Shown here: in pieces, positions 1-11,754 of the stretch
Numbering within the stretch: the first letter of the stretch is position 1
Layout: the number at the start of each line of letters is the position of its first letter
Origin: Octopus sinensis
Lineage: Eukaryota
Assembly (NCBI RefSeq): GCF_006345805.1
Contig: NW_021836289.1
Coordinates: 124,001-188,000 of the forward strand
Reading direction: 5' to 3'
Length of the DNA stretch: 64,000 bases
Made by a program: the position numbers and the translations under genes
Notes under the pieces: model-generated
What the model saw: only the letters and a program-made list of their open reading frames with translations
Told to the model about the DNA's origin: nothing
Databases searched by the model: none

Positions 1-150
1 AAACGTGACCACTTGAAAATGTGTTTTTTTTCAATTTTTATAGATTCTTATGTAAAATTTCCAAGGAATAACAAATTTAAAACCTTTCTATCTACACATT
101 TCAATTTTTATTTTTGTCACTGTCGGCTACATTTTCAAAGTAACTACATA

Positions 151-1951
151 CAGTGAATCCTCGCAAATTGGCCACCTCGCAAATTGGCCAATTTTTAAAT
201 TGGCCAATTTTTTCACAATTTACTAAGAAAAAAATTAATTTTCTTAGTAAATTGGCCAATTCTCAAATTGGCCACAATTTTTGAATTATTATTTTTTTAA
301 TTAGAAAATAAACTATTTTTTTAATCACATGTCTTATAAAATTTTCGTGGACGTTATACTCGGCTCACTTTTCTTGAAAAAACACAAATTATAAACTACA
401 AGGAAGAAAATGACAGTGTTTCGTGTCAGCTTCTGGCTGACAGATTCTCACATTTATTCCACAAGACGATCTCGAGAAAGACGATCAATAATCTACTGCT
501 TAATAAAGACTCTATTTTACGGGATTCGAAAATCTATCAAAATTCGTATAAAGCTGCTCACAAACCAAAATTTCCTACGCTTGAAGAAAAATTGATCGAA
601 TGGATGGATACAATAGAGTCTAAAGGTATTAATTGAAAACCAATTTTTAGGTGGTTTTTTGAATGATTCCTTAATATCGTGTAAGGCTGCGCATTTTGCC
701 GAAGAGCTACAACTTAGTAACTTTAAAAATTCTAATGGATTTCTGGCAAAATTCAAAAAGAGACACGGTTTTAGAATGCTAAAATTACATGGAGAGATGC
801 GAACAGATAAAGTAGTTGACATTAATTCTTTTCGTGAAGAATTTAAAGAAATTTCTAAATCGTATAAGCCTGATCTAATTTATAATTTGGATGAAACTGC
901 ATTATACTACAAGCTTATTCCATCGAAAAGCGTATGCAGAAACCGATTCCAAGGATACAAAAATTTTAAAGACCGTGTGTCTATTATGCTTTGTTCAAAC
1001 ATGACCGGAAGTCATAAATTGAAACCTGTGATGATTGGAAAACCAAAAATGCCTAGATGTTTTAAAAATTTTGACTATGGATGTCTTGTCTCATATTATA
1101 GCTCACAGAAAGCTTGGATGACTGGATCTATTTTTATTGATTGGATTATTAGCTTTGATCTCCAGCTTAAAATTAAAAAGAAGAAAATTTTATTGCTAAT
1201 AGACCACTGTCCTGCACATTCTATTCCTCAAAACTTGGATTGTATTAAGATTTTATTTTTTCCTAAAAATTCTACTGGATTACTACAACCAATGGATATT
1301 GGAATTATAAAAACCTTCAAGACTCATTTCATGAGAAGAAAGCTACAGTACTTAACTGATTTGCTGGAGACTGAAAATATTTCTGTATACAATTCATACA
1401 AAAATTGACATTAAAAGATGCAATTTGTTTGTTAATATGGCTTGGGATGACGTATCTACTGAAACTATTCAAATTGTTTTAAGATTTTAAATGAATCTAA
1501 TCACGAAAATACATTAATTGAACATTATGAGACTGAAATTGAAAGAACTGACATTTTCGATCCTCTAATGAGCGAAGATTTTCTAAATATCGAAAACACA
1601 GAAGATCAAGATATAAACGAAAATTGTTTACAAGAGGATCAAGAGTCTGAAATTAGCGACGAAGAGACAAAAATCATATATCCACTCGATAGAAAAGATA
1701 TTGCAAAGACATTAACTAGAATAGAAAGGCAACTTTACTGTAATGCAGAAAATGAGAATGATGTTTCGCTGATTACTGCAATAAGAAAATACAAAGAAAA
1801 TGTAAAAAGAGCAAATAAAAAGGAATTAGGGATTGAATTTTATTTTAATAAAATTTAAACGTGTTTATTTTATTTTTTAAATATTGATTTTTTTCAAATT
1901 GGCCATTTTCTCAAATTGGCCATAAAATCTCTATGTACCAAAAATGGCCAA
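151..1951 (+). mobile_element. Tigger/pogo DNA transposon copy 1; right TIR lacks its terminal 17 bp
   Basis: TA then CAGTGAATCCTCGCAAATTGGCCA at 151, with many subterminal AAATTGGCCA repeats. Near-identical to 5024-6828 up to position 1951, where LINE sequence begins. Confidence 0.95.
329..1858 (+). CDS. Tigger transposase (CENP-B HTH + DDE_1); 25-nt intron at 626-650; homopolymer frameshifts
   Basis: NGFLAKFKKRHG, YNLDETALYYK, SQKAWMTG, LLLIDHCPAH, LLQPMDIGIIKTFK. Frameshifts near ~345, ~1400 and ~1423 are absent from copy 2. Confidence 0.9.
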
Positions 1952-4045
1952 GATTGAACAGGGATGGAGACAGCACGGAACCCTGCGGTACCCCGTTTGG
2001 AAGATAGCGTTGTTTGGAACAGTGGTCCATGAGGGAGACGTAGCCCATGCGGCCCGATAAGAAGTTAGCAAGCCAGGATTTGTAGTTTGAGTCTAGGCCG
2101 GTCATGAGAATTTTCTTGGTGAGACCGCAACGGGGGACGCTGTCAAAAGCTTTAGATATGTCGATGGAAGCTAGAACTGTTCGTTTAGGGGGCCTCTTCA
2201 CATTGAAGCCGTCCAGGACGAACTGGGAAAGCGTTGTTAAGTGAGTGGTTGTTGAGTGCAGTGGTTTGAAGCCATGTTGGGTGTGGGATGTTGGTAAGTG
2301 TTTCGAGACTCGTGAAAGGATTAGTCTTTCGAGGATTTTAGATAGCGTGCACAAAAGAGAGATTGGGCGGTAGGAGCTTGGAATGCCAGCCGGTTTGTTC
2401 GGTTTGATTAACGAGATGATACGTGATTTTTTCCAAAGAGATGGAATTTCGTTTTTTACAACGGAATTGTTGAAAATAGACACTATAGCGTTGATGGCGT
2501 TGGGGCCAAGTCTTTTAAGGTGGTGGATAGAAATGTTGTCAGGCCCCGTGGCGGGGGAATTCTTCGAGTTTTTTATACACTGCGAAACTTCGTCTGCAGT
2601 GAAAGGCGGTAAGGATTCCGTGCGAGGTAAGCTCCTCCGAGATTTGGCGACCTTTCGGTCGTTTTTGTTTGAGGTTTTGTGGCTTAAGGAGGCGTAGTAG
2701 TTCATGAGCGAGTTTGCCTCCTGAACCGGATTCAGTGGGATGTTTGAGTTAGAAGTGGCAGATTCATGGGACTTGGGCTTTTCATAAATCAAATCATTCA
2801 TGTCCTTCAGGGTCTTCCAGATTTTGGAGCTGTTAGATCTGTAGTCGATTGAGGTGATAAATTCGGTCCACTTAGAATCTGCGTGCAGGTTAATGGCAGC
2901 GGTGATTTGTTTGTTTAGGTTAGCCAATTCAATGGAGGACTCGGCAGAGTGCCTTGATATCTGTTTCAGTTTGTTGCGAGTCTTTATGAGGGATTTCACT
3001 TCGTGGCTGTAGTTAGGGCGGAACTTTTCAATTTTTCCTTGGGGGATGAAATTTTTGGAGGTGGAAATGATGAGAGCATTAAGGTGATTGACTGCTGCAT
3101 TAGTCGAGCGAAAGCTGTTGATGTTGAAGTCATTCAGAGAGTTTTCTAGGGCAAGGCGGTATTCGTCCCAGGAAGCTCTTTTGTAGTTAGTGTAACAGTG
3201 GCGTTGTAGGTCAATGTTAGATTTTAGCGCATTCTCGATTATGATTGGGTTATGGTCACTGGTTAGGTCATAAACCACCTTCCAGGAGGTAGCAGAGGCC
3301 AGAATAGGAGTACACAGTGAGATGTCGGGAGAGGAGATTGCGTCGCCATTTCTTGACGGGGTTCTGGTATGGGATGAGGAGTTGTTGAGGATGACTAAAC
3401 CGTCAAGTTGATCAAGTAGAAGAGTTCCTCTTGAGTTGAGGCATTGATTTTTAAGCCAAATCGGGCTCTTTGCGTTCATATCACCACAGATAAAGACATT
3501 ACTGAGGGACTGGAGGTTTTGTATTGAAGGGGTCCAGCCGTGAGGACAGGATGAACACGGAGGGATGTACATGTTGATCAGCCTTCTGGTTGAGCGCCCT
3601 GTAGAGACCGTTATAGCCGTCAGCTCAATTACAGGGTCGTTATCGATTAGTGTGTAAGCTTGTGATGTACAGTTAGAGAAAGGGATTGATTTTCTGATAA
3701 GGGTTAAAAGGCCCCCGCCATTTACGGAGTTCGGTCTGTCTCGCCGGATGTATGAGTAACCCGGGAAATCGGGCAGGCGGTTTTTGGGCGAGAGCTTCGT
3801 TTCCTGCACCAAAGCAATGTCCACGTCGTACTTCTCCATGAAGGAACAGAGTTCAGTGGTCTTGTGGGCGATCCCATTAATGTTTACTTGCAGGATACGA
3901 AGTAGGTTCTTCCTGGCGGGTCCAGGGTTTTGTTCAATGTCTCCTTTATCTTCTGTCTCCAAATGAAAACAAATTAAGTTAGGAATGGGCAGAGGGGAAA
4001 CTCCGGAGGAGGCTAAAGCACGCACTTTCCTGCGGACATCAGTAA
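1952..4045 (-). mobile_element. Ingi/Vingi-like non-LTR retrotransposon (2A-like motif, APE endonuclease, RT truncated at its 3' end)
   Basis: ORF 1911-4025: GDIEQNPGP, RILQVNINGI, ALVQETKL, ICGDMNAK, SPDISL, SDHNPI, YRPISLL, DISKAFDSV, GVPQGSVLSPSLFN, then an abrupt break at the Tigger TIR. Confidence 0.85.
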
Positions 4046-4099
4046 ATAAAAATTAATTTTTATAGTCTTTCCCGCAGAGCCATATTGATTTATAACACA

Positions 4100-4810
4100 C
4101 TTTATTTTATGTACAAGCGAGTCCAGCTGTCTGATACGATCAAAAGCTTCCTCGAGAAAAGTTCTTTTTTGCGTAGGGCCACATCGATAGAGTTGCCAGC
4201 TACCGGGGCTCCGAGGATAAAAAGTTCGTTAATGGGAGTAGATTGAACTCCCGGGATAAGATCGCAGAAAGAGGAAACAGCGTCTTCGAAAATAGATTGC
4301 GAGGATTCGAGGTTGGAAATTTCACATTTGGAGAAATTTAAAATGAGACCGATTTTCTCCAGAGCCGGAATGATTTTAATTATGTCCTGCAGAACGATGT
4401 CCGGAGAGCTACCGAGAGTAGCGTCGTCGAGATATCAAAGATTTAATGGAGAAGATAGAAGCTTGGTCACCTCAGAGATTCCAAGACAAAAAAAGGAGTG
4501 GCCCCAGAGGGCCTCCCTGTTGGACTCCCGAAGCAGACGGGATAGTGTCGGAATCAAAAATAAGGGAAGATGGTTGGCCGTATGATTCGAAAGTTAGCCC
4601 AAATAAGGAAGGACAATACTCAGAGCAGGCCTCAAAAACTCTGTCCCGTCGGATACTGTTGAATGCATTTCTGATGTCAAGCTTGATCAGAATGTTTGGA
4701 CATTGTGATTTCCTGCACGCTTCTGAGAAAGTGCGGATAGCATGAACAGCAGCACATCCTCCAGGCACGCCGACCCCGAGTTGGACTGGACTGAGCTTTG
4801 CGGCAATGGT
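4100..4810 (-). mobile_element. CRE-clade retrotransposon RT fragment (frameshifted)
   Basis: QLGVGVPGGCAAVHA, KLDIRNAFNSIRRD, GVQQGGPLGPLLF, GLILNFSKCE, ILGAPV. Confidence 0.8.
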
Positions 4811-5023
4811 GGGGATAATTTTCTTGCATGCGATCTATGAAGCGCTACGAGACCGTTAATGCTAAATTATCGAGGCCTTTTCCGCCCTCAAAAGACAAAT
4901 ATCAATAAAAACTTTTTACTTAAAAAATTATTTTTATCTTATATTCTATGAAAAAAAACATGGGTCTGAAACATCTAGTAATACAACATTCTCTAATTAT
5001 TAGTAAATACATGAAATAAACTA

Positions 5024-6828
5024 CAGTGAATCCTCGCAAATTGGCCAATTTTTAAATTGGCCAATTTTTTCACAATTTACTAAGAAAAAAATTAATTTTC
5101 TTAGTAAATTGGCCAATTTGAGAATTGGCCACAATTTTTGAATTATTATTTTTTTAATTAGAAAATAAACTATTTCTTTAATCACATGTCTTATAAAATT
5201 TCTCGTGGACGTTATACTCGGCTCACTTTTCTTGAAAAAACACAAATTATAAACTACAAGGAAGAAAATGACAGTGTTTCGTGTCAGCTTCTGGCTGACA
5301 GATTCTCACATTTATTCCACAAGACGATCTCGAGAAAGACGATCAATAATCTACTGCTTAATAAAGACTCTATTTTACGGGATTCGAAAATCTATCAAAA
5401 TTCGTATAAAGCTGCTCACAAACCAAAATTTCCTACGCTTGAAGAAAAATTGATCGAATGGATGGATACAATAGAGTCTAAAGGTATTAATTGAAAACCA
5501 ATTTTTAGGTGGTTTTTGAATGATTCCTTAATATCGTGTAAGGCTGCGCATTTTGCCGAAGAGCTACAACTTAGTAACTTTAAAAATTCTAATGGATTTC
5601 TGGCAAAATTCAAAAAGAGACACGGTTTTAGAATGCTAAAATTACATGGAGAGATGCGAACAGATAAAGTAGTTGACATTAATTCTTTTCGTGAAGAATT
5701 TAAAGAAATTTCTAAATCGTATAAGCCTGATCTAATTTATAATTTGGATGAAACTGCATTATACTACAAGCTTATTCCATCGAAAAGCGTATGCAGAAAC
5801 CGATTCCAAGGATACAAAAATTTTTAAAGACCGTGTGTCTATTATGCTTTGTTCAAACATGACCGGAAGTCATAAATTGAAACCTGTGATGATTGGAAAA
5901 CCAAAAATGCCTAGATGTTTTAAAAATTTTGACTATGGATGTCTTGTCTCATATTATAGCTCACAGAAAGCTTGGATGACTGGATCTATTTTTATTGATT
6001 GGATTATTAGCTTTGATCTCCAGCTTAAAATTAAAAAGAAGAAAATTTTATTGCTAATAGACCACTGTCCTGCACATTCTATTCCTCAAAACTTGGATTG
6101 TATTAAGATTTTATTTTTTCCTAAAAATTCTACTGGATTACTACAACCAATGGATATTGGAATTATAAAAACCTTCAAGACTCATTTCATGAGAAGAAAG
6201 CTACAGTACTTAACTGATTTGCTGGAGACTGAAAATATTTCTGTATACAATTCATACAAAAAATTGACATTAAAAGATGCAATTTTGTTTGTTAATATGG
6301 CTTGGGATGACGTATCTACTGAAACTATTCAAAATTGTTTTAAGATTTTAAATGAATCTAATCACGAAAATACATTAATTGAACATTATGAGACTGAAAT
6401 TGAAAGAACTGACATTTTCGATCCTCTAATGAGCGAAGATTTTCTAAATATCGAAAACACAGAAGATCAAGATATAAACGAAAATTGTTTACAAGAGGAT
6501 CAAGAGTCTGAAATTAGCGACGAAGAGACAAAAATCATATATCCACTCGATAGAAAAGATATTGCAAAGACATTAACTAGAATAGAAAGGCAACTTTACT
6601 GTAATGCAGAAAATGAGAATGATGTTTCGCTGATTACTGCAATAAGAAAATACAAAGAAAATGTAAAAAGAGCAAATAAAAAGGAATTAGGGATTGAATT
6701 TTATTTTAATAAAATTTAAACGTGTTTATTTTATTTTTAAATATTGATTTTTTTCAAATTGGCCATTTTCTCAAATTGGCCATAAAATCTCTATGTACCA
6801 AAAATGGCCAATTTGCGAGGATTCACTG
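5024..6828 (+). mobile_element. Tigger/pogo DNA transposon copy 2, full length
   Basis: Perfect 24-bp TIRs CAGTGAATCCTCGCAAATTGGCCA (5024-5047 and 6805-6828), with TA on both sides. Confidence 0.95.
5186..6719 (+). CDS. Tigger transposase, ~500 aa in consensus with copy 1; 25-nt intron after IESK
   Basis: ORFs 5186-5494, 5516-5827 and 5748-6719 join via the intron and two 1-nt homopolymer shifts (~5515, ~5823) that are absent in copy 1. Confidence 0.9.
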
Positions 6829-6872
6829 TATTCCAAAAAAACATTGTTCAAAAAAAACGTGACCAAATTCGA

Positions 6873-7888
6873 TTAGTAATTAATATGCTTCCCTTTCGTC
6901 TTATATACTTTCAGAACTCGTTTGTGGAAGCTTAAAACATATTTTCTTATTAGTTCCGGGGGGAGGTTGTTCCAGATTTTCAAAACTTCTTGCTTTAAAG
7001 TTTCCTTATCAAGCCTTCCCATATTGCGTAACTGGAACTTTATATAGGCCCACACATGCTCGATTGGATTGAGATCTGAACTTTGTGCAGGCCAATTAAT
7101 TGTTTTGATTTTTCTTCTTCAAGAAATTTCCTTGTGACTCGAGCTGTATGCTTTGGGTCGTTGTCGTGCATAAACTCTAAGTCAGTTAAACTCATTTCTC
7201 CGGCGGATTGGTTTAAATTTTGTGCTAAAATTTGCACATAATGCGCATCCGTCATAATTCCGTCAATAAAAACGAGCCGGCCTACTCCATTGGACGAAAT
7301 ACAGCCCCAAGCTAGAACACTTCCTCCTCCAAATTTAACTGTAGGTAAAATGTTGGCCGAATGATATCTTTCACCGCGAAAATATCGAACATTATTTCTT
7401 TTATTTGCTGAAAATAACTCAAATTTTGTTTCATCGGAGAAAATAATTTTGCCTAGACCTTCAGACGAGATCCCTAAATAATTTTCAGCAAATAATTTTC
7501 TCTTTAACACGTTTACTGGTCGTAATAACGGTTCTTTACACGGTTTTCGATTTTCTAGTCCAAAAGAATATAAAGCATTCCTTATTGTTGATCGAAAAAG
7601 TCGTAAATTGTGCTTAGATTCAATGTAATTTGCAATTTCTTGTAAAGTGGAAAAATGATTTTGATCATATTTCGTCAATATTGCGTTTTTAATCGCCAGA
7701 GTAAGTTTTTCTGGACGACCAGAACCAACGGCACGTTCAAAAGGCATTCCGTTTTTCATTTTCGCGCTGACTTGCTGCACAAAAGATTTTGAAACATTGA
7801 ATTCTTTGGCGATTGTTCTTTGTGAGCATCCTCGCCTTAATTGTTCCGCTATTGAATATTTTTTGATCAGGAAACTTTGAGATGACAT
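6873..7888 (-). CDS. Tc1 DD34E transposase, one frameshift near 7110
   Basis: N-terminal HTH (GSGRPEKL), IIFSDETKF, TVKFGGGSVLAWGC, FMHDNDPKH, then shifted-frame WPAQSSDLNPIEHVWAY. Confidence 0.9.
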
Positions 7889-7949
7889 CGTGCTGGATTA
7901 AAGTTTTTCTTCAAATCTTGGAATTTTTTTAATTTTGAATTTAATATCG

Positions 7950-8407
7950 ATAATTAATTTCTCAATAGGATTATGTTTATGGTAGATATGTAGCCTGGCG
8001 GATTGCCAAACTGTTTCCCCGGATGATGGCAATCGAGAACCGTTGCATTAGCCAATTCGCCTCCCGAGGATCATGGGTGCGCAATGAGATTTTGGCTCCG
8101 AGCTTGCGAAGAAACTTTTCTGTTTTTGGACCGAGAGCACCCGACGTCTCCGCCGCGATCGGCACCACGGAAAACTTCTCCGAGAGGGCAGAATATTTTA
8201 AAAGCTTTAAATCTTCAGCCTTCTTAGCTGCAGATTTGGCCTCCAGAGCACACGAAGTTAAGTGAGAAGCAGAAAAGGTGTCGCAGCAGGTTGCGTCTCA
8301 GACGAGGCCTTTTCCGCCTTCAAAGGGAAAAAGGGTCATCCCGTCAGGACGTTTCCCGTCGCCGCGATCAAGGCCCGGTGGTTCGAGAACCGAAGGAAAT
8401 CCCGCCG
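7950..8407 (-). mobile_element. 5'-truncated CRE retrotransposon (restriction-like endonuclease end) inside the Tc1 5' region
   Basis: [15 protein letters not shown], then in other frames DATCCDTF and PIAAETSGALG...WLMQRFSIAIIRGN. Confidence 0.85.
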
Positions 8408-8667
8408 AAAAATCAAGTAATTAAAGAAAAATCAAGTAATTGTAAAAAAAAGTGTAACAAAAATAAGTGGTCACGTTTTTTTTGAACAAAGGTTTTTTTA
8501 AAATACTTGGTTAGCCTGGGAATATAGCCGATCATGAAATAATAAATAATGAATCATGTAGATTAAATGATTTTAAATTTAGTATTAAAATTTTTGAAAA
8601 TAAGATACACAAATTAAGAAAAACACATATTTTTAAGTGGTCACGTTTTTTTTGAACCGACTGTATA

Positions 8668-9400
8668 TTTTTTTTTTTTTTTTTAGAAATTAGAGTTTAT
8701 TTTTTGAAAATAATAACTGTAAACGAAAACAGAGAGAAAAGAGAGTTAACAAGAGGACTTCCCCGCCTCGTAGATGGAGAAACAGTTTCCACGTACAATG
8801 GCAAGGGAAATCCTCTGAAGGAGCCATCCACACTCACGCGTGTCGTTTCTCTTGCGAGAAATCAGACGACCCAGCTTTTTGAGGAAAATGAGTGACCTGT
8901 CACCGATTACGCCAGAGGTCTCCACGGCGATCGGGGTAAACAGATAGCGTTCCGAGAGATTGGTGTACTTTGAAATCTTTAATTCTTCTGCTCTGCGAGA
9001 AGCAGAGCCAGCTGCGACAGCTGAAGGAGGAAGATTTAGTTCAGAAAAAGTATCTGAGCAAGTTGCATCCCATATCAGCGATTTTCCGAACTCGAATGGG
9101 AAGGTGGATAGACCGTCAGGCCTCTTTCCGTCTCCCCTAGCAAGCCCAACTGGTTCGAGAATTGATGGGATTCCGGCAGCTTTGAGCCCCCTCAGGACGA
9201 CGTCATTTAGGGCAGCGTGGCGTGGGGCACGCCCAGCACTGCGTCTGCAGGAAAGAGGGTGTAGTCCGTACTGGTCGATCATGGCCCCACAGCGGCACTT
9301 GTGAATTTCGCAGATCTTCAAACCGAGGCGGAGGGAGATAGCTACTCTGAGGCAATCGCCGTCGAGTAGTGTCCCGATGCTCGGAAGAGGGGGGGCCTGT
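8668..9400 (-). mobile_element. 5'-truncated CRE retrotransposon with poly(A) tail
   Basis: HKCRCG...HPLSC...RHAALND...[16 protein letters not shown]...WDATC...RISLAIVRGN. AATAAA and a 17-nt poly(A) (T-run 8668-8684). Confidence 0.9.
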
Positions 9401-9611
9401 ATATTTATCTTTAGTGAATATTTGTCTATACTTATTGATATAAAAAACCAATTACTCTTCAGTGGTGTCGAAATTCTTATGAAAGCAGGTAGAAATCCAA
9501 GAATTCGTCGTCGACTTTTTGCATGGGATAATCAAATCAGGAAATTTTTCCACATTAAAATTCTTAAATAGAAAAAACGTCCTTTCCATCCAATTTATAT
9601 ACAAATCTTTT

Positions 9612-10070
9612 ACTGGCCGTGCTCCCAGACACTCCGCTATCAACGAGACTATTTCGGCTGCGTTACAAGCAGCTGGATTCCCGACAGAACTGGAACCCGT
9701 TGGGCTTGACCGTGGAGACGGCAAACGCCCAGATGGAGTCACCATTTTCCCGTGGAGTAATGGGAAATGCCTCGCGTGGGACTCCACGTGCACAGACACC
9801 TTCTCAAAGACCAATATAGTTGACTCCGCGATCAGTACAGGCTCAGCCGCTGAGAAGGCTGAGGTACATAAAGTTCAGAAATATTCCAACCTGTTGGACA
9901 ACTTCATCTTCTCCCCAATATCCGTAGAAACCTCCGGGGTCATGAGCCAAAAATCGTTCGAACTCGTCGGGAAAATCGGGAATCTGATCTTGAGAAGACG
10001 GAGAGAGCCTCGGGAGAAGCAATGGTTGTTCCAAAGAATATCCATTGCGATCAGCAACAAAGAAATCTAA
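9612..10070 (+). mobile_element. CRE endonuclease-domain fragment
   Basis: RAPRHSAINE...[16 protein letters not shown]...AWDSTCTDT...PISVETSG...WLFQRISIAI. A related copy lies at 62690-63140. Confidence 0.85.
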
Positions 10071-10342
10071 AATACAAGAAATAAAATAAACCGGTCGATT
10101 TTTGACAAACACATTTTAAAGGGATTAATCAGCATAAAAGTGACCTTATCGAGATGTTGATTATTTAGACATATTCTTAGACTTTGTCAGAAACACCGAA
10201 CAACCGAATAATGGAAAATTATTCTCGCGATACATTTTTTAATTTTATTGTATTAACTATAATATTTAATAAAAATAAAATAAAATAAATACCAACAGTA
10301 TGAAAGATAAATAAACTTTTAAATATTTTTAAAGATTAGAAA

Positions 10343-11143
10343 ATGAAAATTTTCTTCATCATTTTAAACATATTTTACATTGGATGTAACTACATAAATT
10401 CTCCTCAAATTTCAAGAGACGAACCTTTAATTCTTACTGACTACTTAAATAATGGACAAGGAGAATTGGCTAGGGAATTAAGCAGAGTTGAACCTATAAT
10501 AGGAAATGCTGAACTCTACGCTGGTTTTTTCAGAGTAAGCAATGAATGTGAAAGAAATACATATTTCTGATATTTTCCAGCCGAGGTTTAATTATTTTTA
10601 TGATCACAAAAGAACGGAAACATATCAGCACCTATTCTAGTTTGGTTGCAGGGTGGACTCGGAACTTCTTCAATTTATGCTGCTTTTGTTGAAAATGGTC
10701 CATACTTTTTTAATTCAGACGACGAATGTTATTTATTTTTAATTAATTATGCAGTAAAATTAAGAGAGATTTCGTGGACAAAAGAGTTTAGCGTTATTTA
10801 CATCGACAATCCTGTATATTTTAATTAGTTACTTCTAGGTCGGATCTGGATTTAGTTTTTCAGATACAGAGTGCTACCTTACAAACGAAGAACAAGTTGG
10901 TTATTGTTTATCAATGTAATCTTATCAAACTGACACGAGTTAGTTTCGTGCAACAATTTTATCTGCTTTTTCCAGAATTGAGGATTAACCCCCTTTACAT
11001 TACTGGAGAATCTTATGCCGGAAAATATATTCCTGCAATGGTTTCTGCAATAGATCAATATAACTGGAACAATCCAACGCCAATTAATTTAGTTGGAATG
11101 GTAATTGGAGATGGTCTTTGCGATCCGTATAATGTATGTTAAT
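10343..11143 (+). pseudogene. CPVL: Serine carboxypeptidase (CPVL/vitellogenic-like, S10), 5' half; premature TGA and truncated
   Basis: Signal peptide, YAGFFRV, WLQGGLG (normally GGPG), VENGP, YIDNP|VGSGFSF, ITGESYAGKYIP, IGDGLCDP, with micro-introns. TGA at 10568-10570 replaces Trp and there is no recognisable 3' half. Confidence 0.8.
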
Positions 11144-11754
11144 TGAGGGTTTGAAATCATGTTTCCCAGTTTGTTCAAAAGTCACTTTGATTTCTCATCA
11201 TGAAACCACTCGTTTTAAACAAAAATGGGACGAAATTATACTTTTCGGTAAAAACAGCGGTATTTTGATTTTTTTGAACCTTAGGTCAGATAATGTCATG
11301 TCCGGCAGTTGTCAACTAACTTTTGCAAATAAACTTTTTTCCGAGTATCCCATAAAATGATTTCTCCAAATCACCTGCCTACTTACTCAATTCCAACGTC
11401 AAAAACTATTAAATAAATCCAGCTTATTATTAAAAAAATAAGTATTATTCAAAAGTATTAATAGCCTCAAAATGATGAAATGGACAGAATAGCTCGAATG
11501 TCATTTCAAATGAGAGGACCAACAATCCAACAAGTCTTAATCAAATGAATAAATATATCACGAGCAATCAAATAAGCACACTTCAGCAAATAAGACTCGT
11601 CAATAAAATAACAAGAGTGCAAAATGATTAAAAAAATATAAAAGAAGACACCGAACTATAATATTCAGACACAACAGATTATTGCAAACAGATTAGACGG
11701 CTCAGCCCCCTGTCTTTACAGATACGCAATACAAGAAGAACAAATATTCCTAAT

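Larger units (their letters stand above)
1..8663 (-). mobile_element. Tc1/mariner element of IR-DR type, interrupted by nested insertions
   Basis: The terminus CAGTCGGTTCAAAAAAAACGTGACCACTT ends at 8663 followed by TA, with an inner direct repeat at ~8465-8487. The opposite ~200 bp imperfect ITR is split between 1-150 and 6831-6864 (inner DR GTTCAAAAAAAACGTGACCA); its outer tip lies just before base 1. Confidence 0.85.

Noticed and set aside
151-270. Clustered AAATTGGCCA repeats as a CRISPR-like or satellite array
   Set aside because: They are subterminal transposase-binding repeats of the Tigger TIR, with no regular spacers, in a eukaryotic context.
2383-2697. Antisense ORFs over the LINE, CRE and SND1 coding regions (for example 2383-2697, 8960-9304, 13687-14148)
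   Set aside because: Shadow ORFs of genuine opposite-strand coding sequence.
3918-4045. LLMSAG encoded 86 nt upstream of GDIEQNPGP, which would give a textbook 2A (LLMSAGDIEQNPGP) if the spacer were removed
   Set aside because: The spacer has no GT/GC donor in the right phase and no TE hallmarks. It may be chance and needs a family consensus.
10568-10570. TGA at a conserved Trp position in CPVL (also in Tigger family 2), suggesting UGA=Trp recoding
   Set aside because: Intact genes use TGG for Trp, POLR3C appears to end in TGA, and a TAG replaces Trp in a CRE relic. These are ordinary TGG transitions in decaying sequence.
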